From: Verrucomicrobiota bacterium
GTDB lineage: Bacteria; Verrucomicrobiota; Lentisphaeria; Lentisphaerales; Lentisphaeraceae
Assembly (NCBI GenBank): GCA_039798785.1
Contig: JBDKFG010000081.1
Location: 1-19,374 of the forward strand
Reading direction: 5' to 3'
Length of the DNA: 19,374 nucleotides
Within the stretch, counting starts at the first letter, position 1, and every line of letters starts with the position of its first letter. The position numbers and the translations under genes are program-made. Of the stretch, positions 18,811-19,374 are shown one piece after another. The notes beneath the pieces are model-generated. The model was given only the letters and a program-made list of their open reading frames with translations, had not been told where the DNA came from and did not search any database.

Positions 18811-18839
18811 AAAAGAGCGGCGCCCGAAAGGACGCCGCT
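18811..18839 (-). terminator. Rho-independent terminator between convergent serS and the last ORF
   Basis: Minus strand AGCGGCGTCC-TTTC-GGGCGCCGCT-CTTTT. A U-tract is present only in the minus direction. Confidence 0.7.
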
Positions 18840-18853
18840 GATAAAAAACACTC

Positions 18854-19321
18854 TCAGTGAACGGCAGAAGTTGATCCTGGGGATTTCCGCTGCCAAGAAT
18901 CGGTCTTTTTGAGTTTTAAGGGGAGAGCCACATCGTTGCCGTAGCCACAGGTGCTAAGATCCGGCACTTGCTCGCCGAGCAGGACGCTGAACTTGCCGTT
19001 GGGCGTGCCGCCCTCGTCGGTCAGGTTGTCGCCGACGCTCCACAGGATGCCGCGTTTGGCGTCGTAGCGAAGCGGCTTGCCATCCCAGGGATCGATGGGG
19101 ATTTCCTGGAGGAGGCCGTCTTTGACCAGTGTCGCGAGATCGAGCGGCGGCTGGCCGTGGGTCTCGAGGTAGTCGAGGCAGGCGCAGCGGCTTTGGTGGA
19201 GGCGGATGGCGGTTTCGAGGGCGATGAATTTTTTCCAGCTACTCATGTTCGCAGGCCTCAATAAGCAGATTAAAATAGTTTCTTTACACCTTTCTGCGCA
19301 AGACTGTCTTCCATTAGGCAA
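18854..19321 (-). CDS. Hypothetical protein with a GspG-like C-terminal motif; probably the 3' part of a longer frameshifted or truncated gene
   Basis: HGQPPLDLATLVKDGLLQEIPIDPWDGKPLRY...LWSVGDNLTDEGG resembles the T2SS-G-like tail motif. There is no pilin N-methylation site, TM segment or signal peptide. An in-frame TGA lies upstream at 19360-19358. The start is uncertain (TTG 19321 or ATG 19246). Confidence 0.6.
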   Translation of the reverse strand: MPNGRQSCAERCKETILICLLRPANMSSWKKFIALETAIRLHQSRCACLDYLETHGQPPLDLATLVKDGLLQEIPIDPWDGKPLRYDAKRGILWSVGDNLTDEGGTPNGKFSVLLGEQVPDLSTCGYGNDVALPLKLKKTDSWQRKSPGSTSAVH

Positions 19322-19374
19322 TCTCCCGGGCAGCGGATTTGGTGGTGGAAGATGGGGTCAGGCGCAGTGATGGC

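Overview
GC-rich bacterial chromosomal segment; the protein families suggest the PVC superphylum (Lentisphaerota/Verrucomicrobiota-like), which is an inference. Left to right: (1) the 5' 856 codons of a large repetitive cadherin/Ig-domain adhesin on the minus strand, running off the left edge and absent from the ORF track; (2) a ~540-bp intergenic region packed with short 8-9-bp tandem-repeat blocks; (3) the glutamate synthase operon gltB-gltD (minus) with its terminator; (4) a 2094-aa secreted protein with alpha-2-macroglobulin-like features but no thioester motif (minus); (5) lpxK (minus); (6) a ~150-bp palindromic element built from GGTTGAAA octamers between divergent lpxK and serS; (7) serS (plus); (8) a probably frameshifted or truncated gene with a GspG-like C-terminal motif (minus). 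No rRNA, tRNA, transposase, cas gene or CRISPR array was seen. The most unusual signals are the dispersed GGTTGAAA repeat family and the uncharacterised giant secreted protein with its codon-atypical patches. No complete novel system can be demonstrated from this window alone.
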